Counted from the first letter of the stretch, positions 10,215 to 19,575 are shown. The stretch: DNA of 64,000 nucleotides from an uncultured Gemmatimonadales bacterium (GCA_963730915.1 CAVSTR010000004.1:407014-471013), one strand, 5' to 3'. Numbers and translations: made by a program. The notes: a model not told the origin generated them from the sequence alone.

Positions 10215-10450
10215 GCGGGACAAACAGCGTGAGCGGGACTAGGACGAGCGTAAGCCGTGAGCGGAGAGATAATGTTATCCGAACGAGTGAGCCCGAGGAT
10301 GGCTTCGGGCTGCCCCCTCGCAATGACTCCGTCGTAAACGCCCGCTTACGGCTGCCCTCGTCCCGCTCACGCCTTCAGGCCCCCGCTCACCGCTTACGCT
10401 TGTTCTAGTCCCGCTCACGCTTTTCGTTGACCCCGTTTACCGTTCACGCC
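10205..10450. repeat. Palindromic cassette B (same family as A)
   Basis: 10227-10264 pairs with 10383-10420: of 38 positions, 1 is a mismatch and 2 are G-T. The core is at 10266-10330. Confidence 0.85.
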
Positions 10451-11157
10451 ATGTCGCAAACCGCCCTCATCACCGGCGCCACTGAAGGCATCGGCCGAGC
10501 CACCGCCTTCGCGCTCGCACGCGCCGGATACCGGGTGGGCGTGTGCGCGCGCACCGAGGCCAAGGTCCGGAAGCTGCGTCAAGGAGCTCGATGCCGAAGG
10601 CGTCGAGGCCGCCGGAGCGAGCGCCGACGTAGGCGACCCGGGTCAGGTCGACCGCATGGTGAAGCAGATCACAGGCTCGCTCGGCGAGATCGATGTGCTG
10701 ATCAACAACGCCGGAGTCCTGATCGGAAAGCCGTTCGAGGAGCTGACGCTGGACGAGTGGGACACCACCATGAACACCAACGTCCGGAGCCTCTTCCTGG
10801 TAACCCGAGCAGTGATTCCGGGAATGCGTGAACGGCGGCACGGATCCATCGTGAACGTCGCCAGCCTGGCCGGCCGCAACGGCTTCGTGGGCGGCACCGC
10901 CTACACCGCCTCCAAGCACGCGGTGCTCGGGTTCAGCCGCTCACTCATGCTGGAAGTGCGAAAGGACAACGTCCGCGTGATCGCGGTCTGTCCCGGCTCG
11001 GTGGACACCAGTATGCTGCGCGATCAGCCGATGCTTAAGTCGGAGCCCAGCCGCATCCTCCAGCCCGAGGACGTGGCCGCGGACGATTCTGCAGGCGCTC
11101 ACCCTCCCCGCACGCGCCCTGGTGAGCGAGCTCGACATCCGGCCGACGAATCCGTGA
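10451..11157 (+). pseudogene. SDR family oxidoreductase with two frame changes as assembled
   Basis: ITGATEGIGRATA, NNAG and YTASKHAV are present. Frame changes lie near 10581 and 11080. My re-framed C-terminus reads TILQALTLPARALVSELDIRPTNP*. Confidence 0.8.
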
Positions 11158-11171
11158 GGAGGGGCGGACGA

Positions 11172-11195
11172 GTCGGAGGGTCGGAGGGTCGGAGG
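11172..11195. repeat. Tandem octamer GTCGGAGG x3
   Basis: Read directly from the sequence, immediately after the SDR stop. Confidence 0.8.
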
Positions 11196-11238
11196 GCTGA
11201 CAGGCGAACATAGGATGGTGATATGACGACAACTGCTG

Positions 11239-11463
11239 ATGCCTGCTAACACTTCATCTGTGCTGATCTCCCGCTGCATCTGCAAGGCCACCGAGTTCGC
11301 GGACCTGCTCGGCCCCGCCCGCGAGCACGGCTGGAGCCTGGCCGACCTGGTCCGGGAAACCGGCTGCGGCGGACAGTGCGGCCTCTGCCGTCCCTATATC
11401 AGCCGGATGCTCCGAACCGGCGAGACCGAGTTCCACGAGATCATCACCGAGGAACCCTCCTGA
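11239..11463 (+). CDS. BFD-like (2Fe-2S)-binding domain protein
   Basis: Cys pattern CIC ... CGGQCGLC, typical of bacterioferritin-associated ferredoxin-like domains. Confidence 0.7.
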   Translation: MPANTSSVLISRCICKATEFADLLGPAREHGWSLADLVRETGCGGQCGLCRPYISRMLRTGETEFHEIITEEPS

Positions 11464-11477
11464 CGGCCCGCCCTCAT

Positions 11478-13040
11478 GTGACCGTCCGCCGTCTGGCGGC
11501 TCGGATCGAGCGCTGGTGGCGGCGTCTGTCCTACACCGGCTCGATCGTCGGCGTCGCGATCATCATCGCCTGGCTCGGACTCTGGCTGTTCCGCCAGAAT
11601 GACGAGGTTGGGCTGCTGCTGACCTCGGTGGCGACGCTGCTCACGCTGATCACGTTTCGCCACATCCGGGAGTTGGCCGAAGCCCAGAAGGAGTCGCTCC
11701 AGCGCGCCCTGGCTCAGGCCGATCGGCGGAATCGCGAGCTGGAACGGCTCCGCCATCTGGCTGGAACGCTGCTCGCCGGCGCCGACCTCGAGAGCCTGAT
11801 GAAGGAGGTCGCTCGAACCGCGAGCGAGCTGCTCGAGGCAGACAGCGGCGGCGTCACGCTGGTGGTGGAGGAAGGCCGCTTCCTGCGGTTGATGGCGGCA
11901 TGCGGAACGCTCGAGCCGTTGGTTGGCCTGTTGCTGCCGATGGACGGATCGCTGCTCGGCTACGTGGTGAGCCAGGATACGCCGCTGGTCTCGGATGACA
12001 TGAGCGCCGATCCGCGCAGCTATCACCGCCCCAACATGTCGGTGACGCTGAAGACGGCGGCGATGATTCCGCTTCGGTCAGCCGGGGTGCCCATCGGCAC
12101 GGTGAGCGTCTACAACCGGCGCGACGGCCAGCCGTTCAGCGACCACGATCTCCGCCTGCTCCAGATCCTGGGCGACCAGGTGGTCGTGGGCCTCGACCGC
12201 GCCTCGGTGCTGCAGGAGAGCCGGCGCAACGAGCTCGCGCTGCGCACCAAGAACGTCGAGCTGCAGCGCGCCACCCAGCTCAAGAACGAGTTCCTCACCA
12301 ACATGTCGCACGAGCTGCGTACGCCTCTCAACGCCATCATCGGCTTCTCGGATCTGCTGCTGGACGGCGGTACCGGCGAGCTCAGCAACCCGCAGCGCGA
12401 GTTCACCGAGGCGGTGTCGCGAAACGGCAAGCACCTGCTCTCGCTGATCAACACCGCGCTCGATCTCTCCAAGATCGAAGCCGGCCGGATGACGCTCACC
12501 CTTGCGATGACGGATCTGCGCGAGGCCATCAAGGACGCGGTGGCCGACACGGCCAGCCTCCGGACCGCCAAGCGGCAGGAGTGCACGCTCGAGCTCGACT
12601 CCGACTCGCTGTCGATCCTGGCCGACGGAGGCCGCATTCGTCAGATCCTTTTCAACCTCCTGTCCAACGCGTCGAAGTTCACGGGCGAAGGCGGCAAGAT
12701 CTCGCTTGCGGCGGTGCGGACCAACGTTCCGCTGCGGCAGCCGGCCGAGCGCGCCGGCGAGCGCGCCCGGTTCGTCAATCAGGATGTGGTATGGGTGTCG
12801 GTGTCGGACGAGGGTATCGGCATTAAGCGGGCCGACATGCCCAAGCTGTTTCAGGAGTTCAGCCAGGTGGACAGCTCGTCCAGCCGCCGGGCGCAGGGCA
12901 CCGGCCTGGGGCTCGCCCTCTGCAAGAAGTTCGTGGAGATGCACGGCGGCACCATCGGCGCCGACTCCGTGTTCGGGAAGGGGGCGGCGTTCTGGTTCCT
13001 CCTGCCGGCTGAGGGGCCTGTACGCAGAGCTAATGCATAA
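11478..13040 (+). CDS. Sensor histidine kinase (TM, GAF, HisKA, HATPase_c); no adjacent response regulator
   Basis: H-box MSHELRTPLNAIIGFSDLL and G-box GTGLGLALCKKFVEMHGG. The start is placed at the in-frame GTG at 11478, just after the upstream stop. Confidence 0.88.
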   Translation: MTVRRLAARIERWWRRLSYTGSIVGVAIIIAWLGLWLFRQNDEVGLLLTSVATLLTLITFRHIRELAEAQKESLQRALAQADRRNRELERLRHLAGTLLAGADLESLMKEVARTASELLEADSGGVTLVVEEGRFLRLMAACGTLEPLVGLLLPMDGSLLGYVVSQDTPLVSDDMSADPRSYHRPNMSVTLKTAAMIPLRSAGVPIGTVSVYNRRDGQPFSDHDLRLLQILGDQVVVGLDRASVLQESRRNELALRTKNVELQRATQLKNEFLTNMSHELRTPLNAIIGFSDLLLDGGTGELSNPQREFTEAVSRNGKHLLSLINTALDLSKIEAGRMTLTLAMTDLREAIKDAVADTASLRTAKRQECTLELDSDSLSILADGGRIRQILFNLLSNASKFTGEGGKISLAAVRTNVPLRQPAERAGERARFVNQDVVWVSVSDEGIGIKRADMPKLFQEFSQVDSSSSRRAQGTGLGLALCKKFVEMHGGTIGADSVFGKGAAFWFLLPAEGPVRRANA

Positions 13041-13042
13041 AG

Positions 13043-13082
13043 AGCGTGAGCGGGACAAGGACGAGCGTGAGCGGTAAGCGGG
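13043..13082. repeat. Left arm of cassette C (AGCGTGAGCGGGACAAGGACGAGCGTGAGCGGTAAGCGGG)
   Basis: Reverse complement of 13503-13543, except for one bulge and two G-T pairs. Confidence 0.9.
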
Positions 13083-13145
13083 AAAACGTCACGATCGGCG
13101 CCTGTTTGGAATAAGCGTCAAGAGTGCTTGTGCGTATCGTGACGG

Positions 13146-13502
13146 ATGCGAGACCACAAGTCATTGCATGCATGGCAGGAAGCGCGTGGGGTCGTCCTCG
13201 GTACTATCGAGCTGGCACGTACTAGCTGGAAGCCGTATGCATCAGCTCTCTTTTCTCAGCTTCAGCGGGCATCCTTATCAGTGCAGTTGAACATCGCGGA
13301 GGGATATGCATACGGCCGATCGCGTTCGTTTACACGGCATGTGTCGATCGCCTATGGTTCTGCCGTCGAGACAGGAGAGCTATTGGAGGTCGCGCTGGAT
13401 GCAAAGATCGTGGCGAAAGAAGTAGGAGATCATCTTCTCGAGAGAAACCGCAGGAGTCAGCGACTACTGCTCGGTATGTTGCAAAGAATGAAGGCTACCT
13501 AA
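13146..13502 (+). CDS. Four-helix-bundle protein (23S rRNA intervening-sequence protein family, Avd-like fold)
   Basis: Family hallmarks: LHAWQEARGVV.., LQRASLSVQLNIAEGY, and SIAYGSAVETGELLEVA. Length is 118 aa. Confidence 0.85.
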   Translation: MRDHKSLHAWQEARGVVLGTIELARTSWKPYASALFSQLQRASLSVQLNIAEGYAYGRSRSFTRHVSIAYGSAVETGELLEVALDAKIVAKEVGDHLLERNRRSQRLLLGMLQRMKAT

Positions 13503-13574
13503 CCCTGCTTACCGCTCACGCTTGTCCTTGTCCCGCTTACGCTTTTTTGTCCCTGTCCTAGTCCCGCTCACGCC
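13503..13574. repeat. Right arm of cassette C (CCGCTCAC / CCGCTTAC / GTCCTAG units)
   Basis: Pairs with 13043-13082. Extra units extend to 13574. Confidence 0.9.
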
Positions 13575-13594
13575 ATTCCAGCTATACTGATCCT

Positions 13595-13945
13595 ATGACC
13601 GCGCGACTGATCCAGGCCAAGGCTCTCCTCCTGCTGCTGGTGTTCCTGGCGGCCGGGACCAGCCTGCCCAGCCTGGACGCCCTGGCGTTCCACGGGAACG
13701 CGGCCGGGAGCGAGCGGTCCCGCACTCACATCGAGCCGGCCGGCGGCTGTCTCAGCCACACCGATGGGTGCAGCCTCGGACGCACTGCCTCCGGCTCCGG
13801 AGCGGTCGCCGCGGCTGAACCCGAGTCCCGTCTCGTCCCCACGGACAGTCCGTTCATCCAGCAGTCCCTACCACTCCAGCCAGTCTGCGCCGATACCGGC
13901 GCGCTCCCTCACAGCCGAGCCCCTCCGACTCTCCGCTACGTCTGA
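13595..13945 (+). CDS. Hypothetical small exported protein with His/Cys cluster (possible metal-related)
   Basis: N-terminal hydrophobic segment and the HIEPAGGCLSHTDGC cluster. It lies first in the metal-uptake-like cluster. Confidence 0.5.
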   Translation: MTARLIQAKALLLLLVFLAAGTSLPSLDALAFHGNAAGSERSRTHIEPAGGCLSHTDGCSLGRTASGSGAVAAAEPESRLVPTDSPFIQQSLPLQPVCADTGALPHSRAPPTLRYV

Positions 13946-13993
13946 TCGTTCGCGCCGGTAGCGGCGCGACCCTCTCACGGATCGGAGAACCAC

Positions 13994-15380
13994 ATGCACG
14001 CTTGTGGTCGTACGGCCATTCTGGTGGGCACCTGCTGCCTGGGGCTGGCAATTCCCGCCCGGGCACAGACACCTGCCGCACTGGATTCACTGCGAAGGAG
14101 CCTCACCGCCACGTCGGCTCGAATCGACTCACTCGAGGCCGGTCTGTGTCCCGGTGGCTCGATCAGTCACTTCCGGCGAACCGGCAACGCCGTCACCGAC
14201 AGCATGGCGGCGACGCTGGAGCGGCTGGACCGCCGAGTCGCGGCGCTGCGAGCGAGTCGATGCACCGGCGCTCCGGCTCAGCCGGCGGACACCTCGGACG
14301 ATCTGGCCGCGCTCCGCGCCGCTGCGGCCGCCGCGGCGGGACAACCCGCACCATCCGACACGACCGAAAGAGCCGACACCGTCCCCTCGGCGGAAGCGGC
14401 TCCTCCACAGACAGCGGGGCCGAGGAGCGCCAATCTTCTCAATCCGGAGATCAGCGCCACGGGTGACGTGCGCCTGGTGGCAGCAGAGAACGCCCGCGGT
14501 GAGGCGGTGGCGCGAGAGTTCGAGTTCGCTTTTCAGTCGGCGCTCGATCCCTACTCCAACACCAAGATCTTCCTGGCGGCGAGCGATGAAGGCGTCGAGA
14601 TCGAGGAAGGCTACATCTACTACACCGGACTGCCGGGGCGGCTCCGGCTCGACTTCGGAAAGTTCCGCCAGCAGGTGGGCGACCTCAACCGCTGGCACGG
14701 CCACGCTCTTCCTGAGACCGAATATCCGCTGGTGTATCAGCGCTACTTCTCCGCGGAAGGCCTCGCCGGAGTCGGCCTCTCGCTCTACACCTCGCTCCCC
14801 TTCTCGCTCGGTGGCGCCACCCACGAGGTATGGCTGCAGGGCACCAGCGTCGAGAGCGATCCGCTGTTCGGCGGCGGCCGGGATCTGCTGTTCCTCGGTC
14901 GGCTCCAGAATTTCTGGCAGCTGAGCCGCAGCACCTACGCCCAGGTGGGCATCACCGGACTCGGCGGCGACAACGGAGGTGCGGATCTCAAGAGCCGGAT
15001 GGCAGGACTCGATCTCCGGGTGACCTATCGCCCACCCGAGGCCGCCACCCGCCGCGAGATAACGTTCCGGGCCGAGGGCTACCGGCTCCACACCGATGAT
15101 CTGGGCAATCACCGCGAACCGCTACGGCGGATTTCTCGATCTGTCCGCTCGCCTCACCCGCCGCTGGATACTCGGCGCCCGCTACGACCACGTCGACGCG
15201 CCGAGAGGTCCGGACGATTCCGAATGGCGCGTCACGCCGAACATCACCTGGTGGCAGAGCGAGTTCGTGTACCTCCGGCTCGAGGGCGAGCATCGGAATA
15301 CCGAGCTGGAGGGGAGCCGGAACATGCTGTCGTTGCAGGCGGTGTGGGCCATGGGACCGCATAAGCATGAGACGTATTGA
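13994..15380 (+). pseudogene. Outer-membrane beta-barrel/porin-like protein, one frame change near 15100
   Basis: Signal peptide, coiled-coil N-region, and alternating beta-strand pattern. After re-framing the C-terminus reads ..NMLSLQAVWAMGPHKHETY (ORF 15096..15380). Confidence 0.7.
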
Positions 15381-15590
15381 GGGCGGGGCGGCGGGGCGGC
15401 GGGGCGGCGAGGCGGTAAGGCGCTGAGCGCAACGAAGCGATCTCCAGATGACCAGACTTACTGAAGGAAGGACACCAATATGACGTTCACGATCACTGCT
15501 CATGTCTTGCAGGACTCATCGGACAACCTACTGCCCCGCTGCCCCGCAGCCCCGCTGAGCTTCTGCCCCGCGGCCCCGCGGCCCCGCCTC
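15379..15590. repeat. Palindromic cassette D built from GGGGCGGC-type octamers
   Basis: 15379-15416 is similar to the reverse complement of 15560-15590. The centre contains GCTGAGCGCAACGAAGCGATCTCC. Confidence 0.8.
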
Positions 15591-16574
15591 TCCGGATCGT
15601 CACCTCTCTCACGACCTACGGCGCCATCGCGCGCGAGATCGTGGGCGACCGCGGGACCGTCACCGCGATCGCCCAGGGCGACGAGGACCCGCACTTCGTG
15701 CAGCCGAAGCCGAGCTTCGTTCGGATCCTGCGCGACGCCGATCTGTTTGTCACCACTGGTTTGGATCTGGAGCTGTGGGTGCCGGCGCTGCTGGACCGTG
15801 CGGGCAACCGCAAGATCCTCGATGGCTGCGCCGGGCTACGTGGCTGCGTACCGCGGCATCGACTTGCTCGAGGTGCCGACCTCGCTCAGCCGCTCCCAGG
15901 GTGATATCCACGTGGACGGCAACCCGCACATACACACCGATCCCCTCAACGGGATCATCATCGCCCGGAACATCCTCGCCGGTCTCCAACGAGTGTCGCC
16001 CGGCGACGCGGCGTTCTTCGCCGGCCGCGAGAAAGATTTCGAGCAGCGGGTGCTCGAGGCCACCATGGGTTCAACGCTGGTGTCGGCGCTGACGCCGGGC
16101 ACCGCGTTCGAGCTGCTGCGCACCAATCGGCTGCAGCCGTTTCTCGCGGGCCAGAAGTTCCAGGGAAAGCCGCTCAGTGAGCAGCTCGGCGGCTGGCTCA
16201 AGCAGGCGGAAGTAGTCCGGGGAAAGGAAATGGCCTGCTACCACAAGGAGTGGGCCTACTTCAGCCGCCGGTTCGGGGTCGAGTGCATGACCTTCATCGA
16301 GGCCAAGCCCGGTATCCCGCCCACTCCCCGGCACGTGCAGGAGGTGATCGACCTCATGAAGGAGCGGAAGGTGTCGGCGCTCTTCGCCTCGAACTACTTC
16401 GATCGGAAACAGATCCAGCAGGTGGCCGAGCGTACCGGGGCCCGGGCGGTGATCGTCCCTGAGAACACCGAGGGCGCACCCGGAGTGAAGACCTACTTCG
16501 ATCTCGTGAACACCTGGATCACCAGCCTCACGGCCGCGTTTCGGAATGTCGCCGTACAAACCGGAGCATCCTGA
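15590..16574 (+). pseudogene. ZnuA/TroA-like metal ABC transporter substrate-binding protein, lacking start and signal peptide, one frame change near 15823
   Basis: My re-framed reading is LRIVTSLTTYGAIAREIVGDRGTVTAIAQGDEDPHFVQPKPSF...NRKILDG, then AAPGYVAAYRGIDLLEV..DIHVDGNPHIHTDP. Confidence 0.75.
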
Positions 16575-17432
16575 TGGACCTGAGCCTCTTCCTTCCGCCG
16601 CTCGTGGCGTGTCTCGTCATCGTGGCGATCCACTCGTACCTGGGCCTGCACGTGATCGCGCGAGAGGTGATCTTCGTCGACCTGTCTCTGGCCCAGATGG
16701 CGGCGCTGGGCTCGACCGTCGCCATTCTCGCGGGGAGCCCAGCCCGATTCACCCACCGCTCTGCTCTATGCGCTGGGGTTCACCAGCTCGGCGCCGCCCT
16801 GTTCGCCCTTACGCGCACAGTGGAGAAGGGGCCGGTCCCGCAGGAGGCGATCATCGGCATTGTCTATCGTCATGGCCTCCGCGGCGGCGATCCTCGTGGC
16901 CGATCGGACACCTCGGGGTGGTGAGGCGATCAAGGACATTCTCGTTGGTAGCCTGCTCTGGGTAACCTGGCCGACGATTCTCCGGCTGGCCGGCGATCTA
17001 TGCGCTGGTCGGGAATCTTTCACTGGGTGCTGCGGCGGCGCTTTCTGGCGATCTCGTTCGACCCGGAAAGCAGTGCGGCAAAGGGCTGGCGCATACGCTG
17101 GTGGGATTTCTGGTTCTACCTCTCGTTCGGCATCGTCATCACCTTCTCGGTCCCGATCGCGGGAGTGCTGCTGGTCTTCAGCTTTCTCGTCGTACCCGCG
17201 GCGGTCGCGTTTCAGTTCACCCGAGAGGCACAGCATGCTGGCCGTGATCTCGTGGACCGCCGGTGCCTTGGCCTCCGCGCTGGGGCTGCTGGTCTCGTTC
17301 GAGTACGATCTGCCGACCGGTCCGGTGGTCGTCTGCATGTTCGGATTGGTGTTGCTGGCTGCTTACGTGTCGCGGCGAGTCCTGATGCGAGGAAGCTCAG
17401 AGGTCGGACTTCGGCCCGCGCGGCATGGATGA
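16574..17432 (+). pseudogene. ZnuB-like metal ABC transporter permease with at least five frame changes
   Basis: Protein-like segments alternate between frames: MDLSLFLPPLVACLVIVAIHSYLG.., LGAALFALTR..EAIIGIVY, MASAAAILVADRTP.., FHWVLRRRFLAISFDPE.., and MLAVISWTAGAL..DLPTGPVVV. Confidence 0.75.
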
Positions 17433-19020
17433 GCGAATCACACCCGAGCCGGGTTTTCTGCCGGGCGTAAAGGGAGGCGGCAGCAGGGCGGACCGCCGCA
17501 GCAGCTCGAAGTGCCCGGCGACGATGTTCGCCAGACGATGCGCGGTATCGAGATGCGGCTCGGCCAGCTCCGCGGGTGAGCGGGCGCTGAACACCAGAGC
17601 GCCGTGAGACCTGCCCGCCACCTGGAGAGGAACGATCAGCCGGCTTTCTCCGCGGGCCTGCGAGAGCGCGTGGGGCATCTCGCCTCGAAGTACGCGCGCC
17701 AGCGCAGTTCCGGTTACAGGCACCAGCGGCAGCTCGTGAAGCGAGCGCCGTTCCCCCGGCTGTAGGAGAACCACTCGGTCTCCATCGGTCAGCTTCAACG
17801 CGACCGTGAGCTCGGTGAAGGGCAGCAGGACTGAGCCTTCTTCCGCAATCAGACGGGTAGCGGCCGCCGGATCGGACGTCGTGGCCAGGACAGCGGCGAT
17901 GCGAAAGAGCGCCTCCGCCGATCGGTCGCGCGCTTCGGGAGCAACCTTCGCGGGCTCAGGAGCTGGCGGAGGCGGAGCTTTCGTCACTCGCAGGAACCCA
18001 CCCACCTGCGGAGATACCAGCCCGGCCAGCAGGACCAGTAGTTCGACATCATCGTCGCCATAGATTTCCGGGCCGACGCTGCCCACCAGTAGATATCCCA
18101 CCGATCCTCCGCCCAAGCTCAACCCGGCACCCACCACCGCACGAATATCCGATCCGCCCGCCTCCGCCGCAGTCAGAAATCCGCGGGGCCAGCGCCCATC
18201 CTCGTAGGTATCCGCAACCAGCAGCTCGGGCTGATTGTCGAAGATCGCGGCGATATCCAGATGTTGCCGGCTGATGGTCAGCGATGGGTCGGCCCAGAGC
18301 GCGCCGCCCGCGTGCTCACCCAGGCGGAAGTATTCCTCGGCGGCCGCGTTCGGTACCAGCAACTCGACATGATCGTGCGGAAGCAGCGGAGTCAGCGCCG
18401 CGGCTGATGGCAGCCAGGAATCTTTGAGGAGACGCTACTTCGCGGTTCGCGACCGCGACAGCCTGCAGAAGTCCCGCGATTCGCTCCTGCTGCCGGGACG
18501 ACGCCGACTCGGTGGGAATCCACTGACGAGCGATCCGGCCCAGCATCGGCGCCACACGCTGAGCCACGCACTGCAGCAACACCCGCTCGGCCGCTCCGTA
18601 TCGCTCGGATTGCAGATCCGCGACCAGAAGCAGCGCAACGTCACGCCTGCCGAATCGGATCGGCAGACACGTCACCGAGCCATAGCCGGCAGTGAGTACG
18701 ATTTTCTCGATCTGAGAAATCTGTTCTGAGGTGAGATGAGGCGATGGCAGCGGCACCGGGAGGTCGTCGGCGGCGAGCTCGGCCGGCCCAACCAGGGCCA
18801 CGCCACCTTGCGACGGATACAGCCACAGCGCCATCAGGTCGTGCGGCACTTCCACGGACAGCGTGTTGGACAGCGCCTGATGCCAGGTGGTGAGGGCGAC
18901 TGGATCGACCTGGGCATCTGCTCGAAGGATGGGAACGAGCGGTTCGCTCCCAACAGCTGAGAGCGGATCGTCCACCGGCTCGTCTTCGAGAGAGGGTGCC
19001 ATGCGGCGCTCATAAGGCAT
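17397..19020 (-). pseudogene. Stand-alone multi-GAF-domain protein, one frame change near 18400
   Basis: ORFs 18316..19080 and 17397..18362 join once re-framed (..FLAAISR/ALTPLLPHDHVELLVPNAAAEEYFRL). There are three GAF-like repeats and no output domain. The start codon is uncertain. Confidence 0.6.
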
Positions 19021-19175
19021 GACGTATGCCCCCGCATGCCTGCACTCAACCCTTTCGGGTGTAGGTATTTGCAGTGGCACCTCGGACTGCTCTGGGTGCT
19101 GAGGTCATGGAAGGCTCTGCGTCCTGCCCGCGTGTCTTGCAGCCTGCTGCTTCCAGCGCGTTGACTTGAAAGTAC

Positions 19176-19203
19176 TTGACATACCCCCACCCCCTATGAT
19201 ATT
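19176..19203 (+). promoter_or_regulatory. Candidate cop promoter (TTGACA ... GATATT) with C-tract operator-like element ATACCCCCACCCCCTAT in the spacer
   Basis: Read directly from the sequence. It lies 35 nt upstream of the copZ ATG, and a csoR gene is in the same locus. Confidence 0.5.
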
Positions 19204-19237
19204 CTCAGGTTTGTAATTGCAGATCGGGGGACCTTCA

Positions 19238-19474
19238 ATGCCACACCTGACGCTCCACATTACCGGCATGAGTTGCGGACACTGCCTTCACGCTGTGAAC
19301 GAGGCACTGGCTGCGCATCCGGGAGTACGCCTCGACTCGCTGCGTATGGGCCGCGCCGAGGTCCAGTACGACGAAGGGATAACGACGCCGGCGGCGATCG
19401 AGGCCGCGATTGCTGAGGCCGGTTACAACGCCACTTCGTCAACGCCGCGTGCCCTGAGCGAAGAGCAGAGATGA
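19238..19474 (+). CDS. copZ: Heavy-metal-associated (HMA) copper chaperone
   Basis: GMSCGHC metal-binding motif and a ferredoxin-like fold length. Confidence 0.85.
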   Translation: MPHLTLHITGMSCGHCLHAVNEALAAHPGVRLDSLRMGRAEVQYDEGITTPAAIEAAIAEAGYNATSSTPRALSEEQR

Positions 19475-19563
19475 GTGTGGCCGAGATCATCGTCACCGTC
19501 GCTGGAGTGGTCGCGATCGTCGCGATCCACTACTGGTTTCTGAAGGATGCTAACCAGAGGTAA
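19471..19563 (+). CDS. 30-aa single-TM peptide, start overlapping the copZ stop (ATGA)
   Basis: My own translation: MSVAEIIVTVAGVVAIVAIHYWFLKDANQR*. It is below the ORF-track size cut-off. Confidence 0.45.
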   Translation: MSVAEIIVTVAGVVAIVAIHYWFLKDANQR

Positions 19564-19575
19564 GCAGCCTCACTC

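Noticed and set aside
9182-10408. Small ORFs translated from the cassette arms and cores (9182..9367, 10123..10323, 10211..10408; likewise 21930-22016, 22125..22454, 22318..22512).
   Set aside because: Their sequences are just repeated translations of the oligomer units (SGT.., VSG.., LTRLP..) and of the hairpin cores. They lack RBSs and change with the repeat phase.
13146-13502. Diversity-generating retroelement, because the four-helix-bundle protein resembles Avd.
   Set aside because: There is no reverse transcriptase ORF and no template/variable repeat pair anywhere in the window.
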